From Octopus vulgaris (taxonomy: Eukaryota): 64,000 nt of DNA. The position numbers and the translations under genes were made by a program. Positions 29,478 to 42,047 of the stretch are shown here, in pieces (position 1 is the stretch's first letter; every line of letters starts with the position of its first letter). The stretch is from positions 1,922,001-1,986,000 of the forward strand of contig OX597820.1 of NCBI GenBank assembly GCA_951406725.2. The letters run 5' to 3'. Below the pieces are notes generated by a model, which saw only the letters and a program-made list of their open reading frames with translations, searched no databases and had not been told where the DNA came from.

Positions 29478-29808
29478 ACCTGAGCACCAAACCGTTAATC
29501 GTTAATTAACGAAGTTAACATTTTCGTTAACGATTTAACTTTTACGTTAACTTTGGAAATCATTATCGGACTAATTATCCTCTCTTACATTTAACTTCCG
29601 TTAACTTCAATTGAATTGAAGTTAACTGATTTTATAATTTTGGCACTTTTTAAGGATGTCTTTAGGTGGTTTTAGATCAAAACCTATTTTGTTTCCATAA
29701 TAAAAATCAACGTTAACGGTTTATCGATAACTTCCGTTACATTTTTAAAGAATTAACTGATGAACTATTATCGAAGTTAACCTTTCGATTAACAGTGCCC
29801 ACCTTTGG
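29478..29808. mobile_element. MITE-like element with many GTTAAC/TTAAC subterminal motifs
   Basis: Dense gttaac-type motifs in both halves; end gtgcccacctttg resembles a hAT-type TIR. Confidence 0.5.
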
Positions 29809-29857
29809 CCAAAACCGAGTGATGCCTCCCAGTGTACAACCAACGAGTAATAATTTT

Positions 29858-30068
29858 TTTCAAATCTAGGCACAAGGCCCGAAATTTTTGGGGAGGGGTG
29901 CCAGTCGATTAGATCGACTCCAGTACGCAACTGGTACTTAATTTATCGATCCGGAAAGGATGAAAGGCAAAGTCGACCTCGGCGGAATTTGAATTCAGAA
30001 CATAAAGACAGACGAAATACCGCTAAGCATTTTGCCCGGTATGCTAACGGTTCTGCCAGCTCGCCGCC

Positions 30069-30116
<48 letters not shown>

Positions 30117-30352
30117 TTTGAAAGTAGTTTGAATTGCTTGAATATTGACCTTAAATTTTTGTACAAGGCCAACAATTTCGTTGGGAGAGAGGGCGCTAGT
30201 CGATTATATTGACCCCAGTACTCAATTGATACTTATTTTATCGATCTCGAAAGGACAAAAAGCAAAGTCGACTTTGGCAGAATGTGAAACCAGGATGTAA
30301 AGACGGACGAAATGCTGCTAAGCATTTTGTCCGGCCTACTAACGATTCTGCA
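29858..30352 (-). mobile_element. Two family B SINEs separated by (TAA)n
   Basis: Reverse-complement matches. Confidence 0.8.
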
Positions 30353-30499
30353 TTAATATTGATAGAAATCTTCATGTTTGATAGATTAAAATCAACTCTT
30401 TCATATCGGGAGCAATTAGTTTATCAACCTTGTATAAATGAAAGGCAAAGTCGGAAATCGCACGATCTTATGCCAGAAATAGAGTAATAGATACCATGC

Positions 30500-30738
30500 A
30501 CGTGCTGCCTCGAACCCTTAGGTTTTGTCACGTCAGCTACATGGTCTCCATGGCGTATGAGTGACCGAGGCCACAATATTCTCCTTGAGCAAGACGTCGG
30601 GCCGTTGCAGGGTTGCTCACTTACAGCTAAGTGGACAGAAGTAAATTGAAATGAAGTGTTTTGCTCAAGAGCACAACTCACGGGTATCGAAACCACGACC
30701 GTGTGATAGCGAGTGCAACACCCTAACCACTAGGCCAT
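30500..30738 (-). mobile_element. SINE family C-related
   Basis: tRNA-like head (ggcctagtggttagggtgttgcactcg..tcgtggtttcgat) and core. Confidence 0.7.
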
Positions 30739-31335
30739 TGATTTTCTCTAAATAGATACCATAGAAATCGTAAAACTTGGCGTTTTATGTTTGCCTCAAA
30801 TCCTCTGCCTATTCCTGTTCTCGTCTTTCAATGAGTTCAGTTTGGAATTATCCAAATTTGCAGGAATCCTGTGGATCGTTACCTGTATTATATTTATCCA
30901 ATTATTCCTCTCGCTCATTCAAGAACAACTTGAATACGCATCTTCTTTTCTCATTCTAACAAATAACAAAAAAAGAAAGAGAAAACCACGAAAACTCCTA
31001 ATGAGTTTTCAGCTAAGCTACGACAATGCAGCAACTCTGCATGTGGTCGTTTTCTTCTGTAAAATACAGAAAACAGATCGTAATTTTAATTCAGCGAGGA
31101 TTAGATTAGATATAACATAAAGAAACACTCGTTGCACGCAGAAACCCTGCTTGTACTCTTAAATATTTCGCTATCTACAAAGTAATAATACACGAGTGAG
31201 GCATAAGACCATTGCTGTTTGTTGTACTACGTAATCTTTCCAACAAATGCCTGATACACAGAGATGGCTTACAACTGTAAACCACTTTGGGCAAAGCTTA
31301 GGATATTCCAATTTTGCATTTGGTTTGCAAGATTT

Positions 31336-31910
31336 CGTTGCTCGTCTTTTTTCTTTCTGTTCCTTTTGTTATACTGTTGTTTCTTGGGACGGTCATTTTG
31401 CTATAATAAACACACGCACTGGTTCTACTACACTTCTTTATTTTTTGTGCGTATTTTTTACTACTTACTGCTTTCTAAAAATTCTCTTCCTTTCACTTAT
31501 TACCCTTTGTTTTCGTTGCTCGATTCTTTTCTCTCTGCTTCCTCTGCTATAGTGTGTGTATCTCGGGAGGGTCATTATGCTATAGTAAACACATGCACTG
31601 GTTCTATAAAACTTCTTTATTATGTTTTTTTTTTTTGTCTTTCTCACTATTTACTGCATCTCAAACTCTTTTCATTTGATTATATCCTTTTGTATTCGTT
31701 GCTCGGTTTTTCTCCTTTCTTTCTTACTACTACAGTGTTGTATCTCGGGAGAGTCATTATACCAATAATAAGTACACACACACTGGTTACATTTCCCTTC
31801 TCTATTATCTAAGTAAAGAAACTAACAAAAATAGACAATATAGAAGTAAAATAGAACCAGTGCATGTTTATTAATGACATAATGACCCTCCCGACAGACA
31901 ACACATTATG
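31336..31910. repeat. Three diverged ~180-bp tandem units plus one inverted partial unit
   Basis: Units start tcgttgctcg at ~31336, ~31513, ~31696 and contain tc(t/g)gga..gtcatt..cactggtt; inverted copy tagaaccagtgcatgttta..aatgaccctcccga at 31851-31895. Confidence 0.8.
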
Positions 31911-32291
31911 GGCGAATATTAAAGCTATTAGAAGTGTCGAAGAGCGGAAAGTAGGATGTTATCAAGTCTATGATTTTATAAGGCATAAAGGCCACGACTT
32001 CCCATTTATCCACCTCTCGAAATTTCATGATTCATGGCTTTTCTCGTTTAGGAAGATATGCGCGCGCGCGCATAATTCTTCAATAAGTATTTTATGAATA
32101 TCAAATATCATTAAGCTAGAAAATGGAGAGAGTTAATGGATAAAATTAATTAATTAGTTGATTAATTTTATCAATTAAATCTCTCCATTTCCTTGCTTAA
32201 TTATATATTTGTGTGTATATGTGCGTGTGTATACATAAGTAAATATATGAAACATCGAATCAACCAATTTCTGTGCAGACGTGTGTGTGTT

Positions 32292-32343
<52 letters not shown>

Positions 32344-32503
32344 TGTGTGTGAATATGTGGGTATGGAATAAGTTAATGAGGCTTATATATATATATGTAT
32401 GCATGTGTATGAAACTTATATGTACATGTGTATGTATGTATATATATATATATATACACACACATGTATGTGTGTGTGTATGTATATGATCATTTTTAGT
32501 CAG

Positions 32504-32724
32504 CTAATCAAGTGTCCACATCCGATTTATTGTCATAATAACGAGGAACTGGAAGAGAAACAAGAATGGCATCGACTTGCCAGGAAGAATATTGGCGGAG
32601 TTACATAAGTAATCATAACAATAGCACACTTTGGTGAGACTTCTGGACCCTGTGGATAGATAACAACCTTCGGGTTTCACGTAGGTAGGTCTTACGGCGC
32701 AGGAAAAGGAGTTGTAGATGACCA
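32504..32724 (-). CDS. Last coding exon of Ly6/uPAR three-finger GPI-anchored protein (quiver/sleepless-like)
   Basis: Acceptor ttcttctcttacaatttcAG (32726-25); encodes (V)VIYNSFSC..GCY..VCYCYDYLCN-SA + hydrophobic tail PFLFLFQFLVIMTI, stop at 32504-06; phase 1 matches the upstream exon. Confidence 0.9.
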
Positions 32725-33156
32725 CTGAAATTGTAAGAGAAGAAAAACAGATTTAAATATATATATATATATATATATAGGTATAAAAATTATATATAAA
32801 GAAACAAGAACGTGAAATACACAAAGGGACGAACACAGAAAACAGACGGGTCATTCGAAGCCTTTAATCTTCAGTCAGAAACCGGATCATCATAGCAAAT
32901 TTCGGCTGATTAATTCTGATATTTGCTCCAACGCGGCCAGCCCCAAGGAAAAACTAAGCTGTGAGCATTAGATTTCTTGGAAAAAGGAACAAATGTAAAC
33001 GCAACAAGGACAGAAAAACGGACGAAGCCACACGAATATAAATACAAAAAACGAAAACAAAAATAAAAATAAAAACAAGAATGGTAATAACAGGATAACA
33101 GCAGGTGTCTTACGACTTTAGACAAATTGAGACAAATTTAACTTATCTAGCAGGCG

Positions 33157-33225
<69 letters not shown>

Positions 33226-33815
33226 ATATAGGGTAAGAATTAATTAATTAATAAATCAATTAATTAACTGATTAATAATTAATCATTTTACCTAGTAGTC
33301 AGTACGTTAAAATAACCTTTATAGGTGAATTATACAAAATCTCTTATTATAAAAGGCAGATTTTATCTGCCTCCCTTTGGGAGTTATACAAATCTACAAT
33401 ATAGGATTTCTTCAATTACGATTTACCTAGCATTTTTAAGAGTACAATGCATCGCGTCATGCCAGGTCCAGTTTTTTAAATTTAAACTCCAATTAAGCAA
33501 AATTTACAGAAAACTCACATTCTGGTGTGTGTGTCAAATGCTTTTCTTAGTCTGGTTTACACCACACGCAAACGCACACACACAGTGGGCAACGAATAAA
33601 GTGAAACTAGATGTAATATTTGTTTCTCTCTATCACGCTGATAGATACATGAGTAAAATGTATGGGAAGCTAACACATAAGTGTGAGTGAAAATGTTCTT
33701 GGAAGAGAGTAAATAGCCAGAGATAGTGATTTGAGGAAGACTACATTAAATAACCGTAGTGGCTTGTGTTAGTAATAAAGTAAACGTACACTCATACATA
33801 CATACATACATACAT

Positions 33816-33850
<35 letters not shown>

Positions 33851-34180
33851 TACATACATACACACACACATACATACACACATACATACATACATACATA
33901 TACATACATACATATACATACATACATACACACACACACATACACACACACACACACAGTATTGAAGCTTGAGAACAATCAGATACATTTGCAACACATC
34001 TGTTGAAAATATTATTGTTCACACACATACATATACATATATACATACAGACAGACAGACAGATAGACACACACACACACACACACATGATCCAGCATGG
34101 CCACAACCTCAAGGCTGAAACATATAAAAGAATAACAGAATATAAATGTGTGCATGTGTGTGAGAGAGAGAGTGTGTGTG

Positions 34181-34212
<32 letters not shown>

Positions 34213-34329
34213 TGTATGTATGTATATATAATAATGCGGTTTTTTCAACAGCTTGAACTAAAAGTCAGAGGGGAATGGGATAAACTACTTATATTAGTAG
34301 TAATTTTATCTTGTCCTTATTCATAGTGC

Positions 34330-34650
34330 AAGTTTTGAAGAGTGCATTTCGATTTTAACAGCTATTTTTTTCAAAGCTATATTGGAACAGCCTAGAAGAC
34401 GAGCCTCATCCTGAAAGATCTGTAGAACTCGACAAGGACATCCTGAAAACCCTGGTGGAACAAAATCTCATCGTAACTGTTGAGGAACTAGCAGAGAAGC
34501 TTGGATTTGGTCATTCAACCATTCATTGAGACCTGTGTGCTATCGGAAAAGTCAGCCAATTGGGTCAATGGGTTCCTCACGAACTTTCCGAGTCTAATTG
34601 CATGCAGAGAGTGAATGTATGCTTTTCTTTGCTGTCACATCTCACCACTA
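34330..34650 (+). mobile_element. Mariner (SETMAR/Mos1-like) transposase fragment
   Basis: SLEDEPHPERS..ELAEKLG..GQWVPHEL. Confidence 0.8.
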
Positions 34651-34664
34651 CTGCGCTATGTATA

Positions 34665-35301
34665 TCTATATATATAAAACTGTAGTTGTGTGAGTGTCTG
34701 TCCCCTTCGATTTAGATTCCTAACTACTCCCACATTTTGCGGTGCAGTTTAACCAAATTCGGGTAGCTTATAGTCGTGATTCATATCGAGCCCGTCTGAG
34801 TATTAGCGCGCGTCTACGATGAGTCTACGATTTTAAAAATAATTTAACATCATTTTTTATTCCATTTTAATGTATAATTTTTCGTGTGTCGATGGCGGCG
34901 GAGTTGGCGTCCACGCTCACACCTGCACCTGTGGGGAAGGGAGTGCAAGGAAATCAACGTCGTAATGCGTTGTCAAGGAGACCAGCGTTCTTTTAGAACA
35001 ACGACTTCATGGCTTGAAGACACCAAAACAGAAATGGCTAAGAAAGCGTCTACATGAGTCTACGATTTAAAAAAAAATTTACCATCGTTTTTTTTCCATT
35101 TTAATGCATTTTTTCGCTATTATATAAGGGAAGTAACTCTCTAAAAATGTCTACGATGAGTCAACGATTTTTCAAAAAATTTACCATCATATTTTTTCCA
35201 TTTTTAATGCATTTTTTGCTATTTTTTGGCTATAACTCTCTAAAAATGCTTATATAGTTATTTCCCTTACAAACCCGAGCAACGCCGGGCGATACTGCTA
35301 G
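34665..35301 (+). mobile_element. Non-autonomous Helitron
   Basis: A|TC 5' end, 3' hairpin cccgagcaacgccggg + CTAG. Confidence 0.85.
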
Positions 35302-35594
35302 TCTCTCTATATATAAACGGCAAAATGTCTGTCTGTCTGTGTGTGTATCCTTTATACAAATCCACAATTTTTCAGTTAGAGGGCTCGCACTTTCTATGGT
35401 CATTCGAAACCGTCCAAGGGTGGTCGTGCACATCTTTACATTTCCCCAGTCATCCTGCAAAGCCATTAAAAAATCAATAGAAGTGACTTTTTTGTGAATT
35501 TTCTATCCAAAACCCAATCAAAATGTCCGAAACTTGATACACCAATGGAATGCCAGCTAGCTGTATGTGATTGGTCGCCGGGTCATAGTGCTAG
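35302..35594 (+). mobile_element. Second short Helitron, head-to-tail with the previous one
   Basis: TCTCTCTATATATAAA start similar to 38682; ends ..gccgggtcatagtgCTAG|T. Confidence 0.75.
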
Positions 35595-35866
35595 TATTCT
35601 ATAATTATATACATAAATATAATTATAATCAGGGGTCAGCTTCTCCATGTACCGAAATTAGAAATAGAAGCTAAAGCCATTTCAACTACCATAAGTATCT
35701 CCGAGACAATAACGCACTTTTTTCTTTTTGCCTACATAAAAAGTGTGTTATTGTCTCGGAGATACTTATGGTAGTTGAAATGGCTTTAGCTTCTATTTCT
35801 AATTTCGGTACGAGGCGAAGCAATTAGCTGACCCCTGATTATAATTATGTATATAATTATAGAATA
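35595..35866. repeat. Long foldback / MITE (~130-bp arms)
   Basis: Near-perfect inverted core 35649-35724 vs 35738-35811 plus outer arms. Confidence 0.9.
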
Positions 35867-35933
35867 TTTTGTATATATATATATGTATGTAAGGCAAATG
35901 AAAGTTTTAATAACACAGAGAATAAATTACATA

Positions 35934-36148
35934 CGAAGGTGTGCTGAAAAGTTCCTGGCTTTAAGGGTGTCGTGAAAAGCCTGGTTAGAAGCCCTATCTT
36001 CCGAGTTCTTTTACAGGCCTTAAAAAAAACTGAAGGACCGTTGCAATAAATGTGTGAAACTGAGAAGGGAATATGTTGAATAAAATCATAATTAACTGAT
36101 CCTCTTTTTATTTTCTTTGACCCCAAACCAGGAACTTTGCAGCTCCCC

Positions 36149-36152
<4 letters not shown>
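35934..36152. mobile_element. Mariner-derived MITE
   Basis: TIRs cgaaggtgtgctgaaaagttcctgg / ccaggaactttgcagctccccctcg flanked by TA. Confidence 0.8.
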
Positions 36153-36186
<34 letters not shown>

Positions 36187-36490
36187 CATTTGAAAAAATT
36201 AAGAGAAATACCTTTTCTGTTATTTTCTCCACTTTAATTATTAGATGTTTATAAGTTTACAAAAGGTGACTCTGATAGTTTCTCGTTTAGAAGCAGTTTT
36301 CAAACTATTTTTATTGTTTATTATTCACTGTTTAAATAGGGAGTGTTTACTTACAAGCATACACACATACAAAGACAACATACATACATATACATACATA
36401 CATACATACATATATACATATATACATACATACATACGTACATACATACATACATACATACATACATACATACATACATACATACATACA

Positions 36491-36524
<34 letters not shown>

Positions 36525-36589
36525 CATACATACATACATACATACATACATACATACATTTATATATATACATAATTAGGTGAATGAAT

Positions 36590-37500
36590 TATCCTATGTT
36601 TATCATCAGCATGGAAAATTCGTTTAACCGAAACCTGGGTAGCAAATTCACGTCAGAAACACGGTTGAAGCGACCTGTCAAGGGTAGAAACTCCGGGTTC
36701 ATGTGCAGAAATTTGTGTATTGTATATGAATAAATGAAAGAATGGGTTCGAACGAAGACGTTAACAAAATTCCTTTACTCTCGACATATGTTTCGAAGAC
36801 AACATGTTTTCATTCCAAAGGAATAAAGGGTGCATTATGCAATCTTCTCATCAGGAAAGAAAGTGAGCCTCTCTCGACAACAAGACAAACAAAAATTTCG
36901 ATGACTGCCTACAGCGATAATGAGTGTTTTTTTAAAAAAAACCGTTAGAAGAATTGACGTCAAAGATAGATAGTATGAAGAGAAGGGTTAAAGGAATAAT
37001 AGGTAGGAAACAGGTGGAGAGGGAAGGGTACGTTGATTGAAAGAATGTTTGAAGGCTTAGGAAAGAATTTCTCTATAGAAGTGGGGTGGACGTAAAGCTA
37101 ATTGTTCAAACCACAGTGACTATCGTTATCATTTATTTGAGTAGAAAGTGTGTTTCTGCCAGTGTTTACATTTCTATGATTTTTCTATGAGTGTGTTTAC
37201 TAGGGGAACCTTAGAGAAAAAGAATATGGAAGAGTTCAGAGTTACAAATGTTACAAAATCTCCTGCCCTTATCAAAAGGAAAGGATACAGACAGTATGAA
37301 CCAATCTAACTTGAAATTTACGTTGTTGTCTTTAAGACGCCAAGCTAATTTACTTAGCCCTGTACTATGTCGTTTTTTACTATCCCTGAATGTTGAATAG
37401 TGGTTTGAAATTCTCTTGGATAACTGGGAAGTGGACGCTCCTATATAGAAGAAGACATCGGTACCGGAAGAAATTCTACACTGGTAAATAGAATTCTTAA
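36590..37500 (-). mobile_element. Penelope-like retroelement 3' fragment (GIY-YIG endonuclease + terminal repeat)
   Basis: SIYQC..FFYIGAST..KRISNH..STGLSK..W..CNICNSE (GIY-YIG with CxxC); hammerhead downstream. Confidence 0.85.
36778..36859 (-). ncRNA. Type I hammerhead ribozyme, canonical core
   Basis: CUUUC-CUGAUGA-[GAAGAUUGCAU..AUGUUGUCUUC stem II]-GAAAC-AUAU-GUC-GAGAG; palindromic stem III ACAUAUGU. Confidence 0.8.
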
Positions 37501-37518
37501 ATACATATATATATATAC

Positions 37519-37612
<94 letters not shown>

Positions 37613-37659
37613 GTTGTGCATAGCATTTGAATTCAAAACCTGATTGTGTAGATATAGGT

Positions 37660-37873
37660 GTGTGTCTGTATTTATGTGTTTTTCCCCTCCACCATCACTT
37701 GACAACTGATGTTGGTGTGTTTACATTCCCGTTACTTAGCGGTTCAGTATAAGAGACCAATAGAATGAATACTAGGCTTACAAAGAATAAGTCCCGGGGT
37801 CGATTTCTTTAACTAAAAGGCGGTGCTCCAGCATGGCCGCAGTCAAATGACTGAAACAAATAAAAGGTCAAAA
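37660..37873 (+). mobile_element. SINE family A, 3' half
   Basis: Body and tail match. Confidence 0.8.
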
Positions 37874-38153
37874 GAATGAGTTTTGTTAATTGTTTTAGTT
37901 TCAACGCAAGTCCCAAATCCCTCGCCAGTGGAAGTACATCTCTGAAATTCATCATTCATAATTCATAATTCATAATTCATCGTTCATCATTCATCATTCA
38001 TAGTTCCTTTATAAAGCTTCGTAAACCTTGTGTTTGACATCACCTTTTGTTGGAAATTGAGGGAAGTGACACGAAAGAAAAGGTGCAAGGCTACGTGACG
38101 GAAGGCGGGGATAAACACGCGTAAACAAGACCAGAAACCATAATGAAAACAGG

Positions 38154-38204
<51 letters not shown>

Positions 38205-38625
38205 AGAAGACCAAATGATTTTTCTACTTTTCTTCTATGTCAGTCTCCTCCTCCCGTTTTTTTTTGCCGTCACCTATCCTTCTATTGTTACGTTGAAGGC
38301 CTAATGTTTTGGCGTTTAGTGTACCTCTATATAATGGCGAGCAGAGAGAGATGTCACTTACGTGTACAGGTGACAGGGCATCATTAATTTTCTTTCTACG
38401 AACAACTTCCTTTTAATTATGATTCTTTTCCTCGGTAACTTCTTTGCATACTCTTTAGCTCTCTAATCCATTCTATATGTCGTAGCCCCGTCCCCACCAC
38501 AGCGCTAAACCTTTCGCTACTCTTAATCTCTATGCATTTCCCGCCAATGCAATCCTCCATCTCTTTCTTCTTCTGACACTGAAGATTTCCTCTCCTATTC
38601 AACGTATACTTTCTTCACTGGCATT

Positions 38626-38664
<39 letters not shown>

Positions 38665-38681
38665 TTATTGATGACTAGATA

Positions 38682-39631
38682 TCTCTCTCTATATAAGCGG
38701 CAGTTTGTCTGTCTGTGTGTGTCAGGTTGTACCCTCACCCTGACCACGGCTTTCAATCGATTCTGATGAAACTTGACACACACATAGCCCAATATCATAA
38801 TTCAAAACTAACGCAGCGAAAATTTTGAAAACTTCCCCCAGTTCTGAAAAAAATCGATAAATTCGACATGGGTCGAGAATCAGAAACACAAACCAAAGAC
38901 TGTCTAGGGGACGCAACTCGACCTTTTTAACTCTCAACTCCATCAATATCCAGCTACTTGAAGCTATTCCTGGTGATGTCCACGTCTACAAATCTATTGA
39001 TAGGACAGCAGACCCCGCCGAGCTTGCCGATTATCCTGTTGAATTCATGAATTCACTTGAACCGCCAGGCCTGCCGCCACACATCCTGAAGTTAAAAGTC
39101 GGTGCGCCCATTATGCTCATCAGGAATTTGGTACCACCTAAACAGTGCAACGGCACACGTCTGGTTGTGAAACAATTTGCCACAACATTTAATAACGGCC
39201 ACAATACTTACCAGTTGTGGGAAGGGAGAGGACGTCTTCATTCCACGCATGCACCTTCAACCGTCGGGCGCTGACCTACCAATCCACTTCAGGCGTTCTC
39301 AGTTTCCTGTTAAACTCTGCTTCGCAATATCCATCAATAAATCCCAAGGCCAAACGCTACAAGTCGCTGGGTTACAGTTGGGCGAACAGTGCTTCGCCCA
39401 CGGTCAACTCTACGTGGGCTGTTTACGCGTTGGGAGGCGCAATGATGTTTTCATGTTTTCGCCCAAAGGGACAGCTAGGAACATCGTATACACAGAAGTA
39501 TTCGAGTTAAGAGAAGACATTGCAACCTACACATGCGCCTTCGTTCCCTAGAGGGAAAAGACTAGATTGAGATTAGTCGTTGCCTACTAGGGGCTCTTAC
39601 ATACCCGGGCAACGCCGGGCTATGCTGCTAG
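38682..39631 (+). mobile_element. Internally deleted Helitron retaining the PIF1-helicase C-terminus
   Basis: A|TC start; PPHILKLKVGAPIMLIRNL..CNGTRL, RRSQFPVKLCFAISINKSQGQTL, HGQLYV; hairpin cccgggcaacgccggg + CTAG|T. Confidence 0.92.
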
Positions 39632-39671
39632 TAGATATATAAATAGATATTATAATGCCGATGAATGTATG

Positions 39672-39732
<61 letters not shown>

Positions 39733-39741
39733 TTTTTTTTT

Positions 39742-40407
39742 CTTATTAGTTTCAGCTCAGAGCTGCGGCCATGCTGATGCACCGCCATTTTGCTACACTG
39801 TTATTACTAAGAAACTCCTCTAATATGTGGCACTTGGTGAAGAATGGAGTTTGATATAGCTACTCTCATTTGGATCTCTTGCCGTGAGGTGGGTTCATCT
39901 GGGACTCTCGACAAGAAGAGGTCCAGCTTTGATTTTAAAACCCCTACATCTACTTTGTGCAAGTTCCTCAGATTCTTTGGGAGAATATTAAAAAGCTGTG
40001 AGCCCTTGAAACCCAGGCTGTTGCAGTAACTGGTCCTGAGGCTTGATGGCATTGCTGGGATCTTTGGCACTATGCAGTGTCGTCCCGTTCTGGCATTGGT
40101 GTAGCTTTCAATGTCAAAATTTGGCACAATTCCTTCCAGGATCTTCCAGATATATATTACTGCATACCTCTCCCGTCTTCTCTCCAGGGAGTAGAGTCTT
40201 AGCTGTTTCAACCTTTCCCAGTAGCTGAGCTGTTGCAAAGAGACGATCTTCTTTGTGAATCTTCTCTGGATTGCTTCAAGGTCCTCTGTTAATCTCATAC
40301 TGGTGGGTGACCATAGCTGTGAGCAGTAATCCAGGCGGCTGAGGACGAATGTCCGCCAGAGGACCATCATGGTTTCCTTATCTCTGGTTCTGAACGTTCT
40401 GAGGATC

Positions 40408-40410
<3 letters not shown>
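39742..40410 (-). mobile_element. CR1/L2-group LINE 3' fragment
   Basis: WILRTF..SRLDYCSQLWSP..LYSLERRRERY; 3' UTR ggcggtgcatcagcatggccgcagctctgagctgaaac. Confidence 0.9.
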
Positions 40411-40493
<83 letters not shown>

Positions 40494-40681
40494 CGCACAT
40501 TTATATACATACATATGCGCAAATATGGCTTTGTTATATGCAAAAATAATTAAGATTAAGTGGAATTAGGTACTTAAATTGAGGCACCTTCCCAGTTCGG
40601 TTTTGTTGCTAAAGTAAGATGGGATTAAGACTTTTGAGGAGACTGAAAGGAGACAAGTGTAGTTTAAACAAAGAAGATATT

Positions 40682-40960
40682 TATTTCTTTATTACCCACA
40701 AGGGGCAAAACATAGAGGGGACAAACAAGGACAGACAAAGGGATTATGTCGATTACATGCGTAACTGGTAATTAATTAATCGACTCCGGAAGGATGAAAG
40801 GCAAAGTCGACCTCGGCGGAATTTGAACTCGGAACGTAGCGGCAGACGAAATACCACTAAGCATTTCGCCCGACGTGCTAGTCGACTAGATCGACCCCAG
40901 TGTTCAACTGGTACTTAATTTATCGACCCCGAAAGGATGAAAGGCAAAGTCAATCTCGGA
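40682..40960 (-). mobile_element. SINE family B (1.5 units)
   Basis: Reverse-complement match. Confidence 0.8.
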
Positions 40961-40961
40961 G

Positions 40962-42047
40962 TCAGCTGGGCATGCTATGTCTTTGTTTTCTTTCTCAATT
41001 AACACTATGTCCGGCTTCCTATTCTCTATCTCATGGTTGCACTGAATCATAAAATCCCATCGGATCTTTGCATTTCTATTTTCGACGATGCATTCAGGTT
41101 TGTGGTCGTACCAATTTTTTGTTCTGTTAAGTCCATACTTGTTGCTAAGTGTCCAATGGACAAGTCTGGCTATATCTTCGTGACATCTCTTATATCCTTC
41201 TGGGCTTGTAGCATACATTGGCTGGTAATATGCCATACGGTTTCACCGTTTTGTCCACAGATTCTGCACTTATCACTTTCTGCTGTGTTGTCTATTCTGT
41301 ATTTTATGCAGTTTGTTCTTTGTGCTTGCTCTTGGACAGCACAGATTAGAGCCTCCGTTTTCGGTTTTAAATCACTTTTAGCCATCCACAGCCATCTTTT
41401 TTCTCTGTCTGTCTTATCTTCAACATCCCAATGAAATTGACCATGCATTCTTTTCTTTATCCACCTATTTGCAGTTTCATTCGTTTTCAATTTCTTGTAC
41501 AGTGCTTTATCTTTGTAATATTTCATCTTACACAAGCCTGACCTTCCTACTTCTAATAATAGCGGTTCTGTAGCATTTGTTTACATACCATGCTATGTTG
41601 TTTTCTTCTGCTCTAATGCTGTGTTCGCATCCAGTAAGACCTCTCCCCCCTCTTTTTCTTGGTACATACAGTCTGTCTGTGTCACTTTTTGGGTGGAGTA
41701 TCCCATATCTAGTCAGCAACTTCCTTGTCTTTCTGTCTAAGCCGTTTAGTTCGTCTGCTGTCCATGCGATTACCCCTGCTCCATATCTAAGGAGTGAAAC
41801 CGCCCAGGTGTTGATAGCATCAATCTTATTCTGTTCGGTTAATTTAGACTTAAGGACCAGTCTCAGGCTGCGCAAGTACTCCACCTTAATTTTTTCTGTC
41901 ATTTCTTTCTCCATCAATTTATCCATTTCCAATATCTCCGAGTACTTATAGCCCGTATCTTCTATCTGCTTCATAACCTCCCCTGACGGTATCGTTAGCC
42001 CGCCCATACATTTGATTTTGCCTCTCTTCAAGACTAACACACCACGT
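40962..42047 (-). mobile_element. R4/Dong-clade (RLE) non-LTR retrotransposon fragment
   Basis: RT thumb (LYVPRKRGGRGL), CCHC CRICG..ETVWHI..C, KPDIV endonuclease; frameshifted. Confidence 0.85.
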
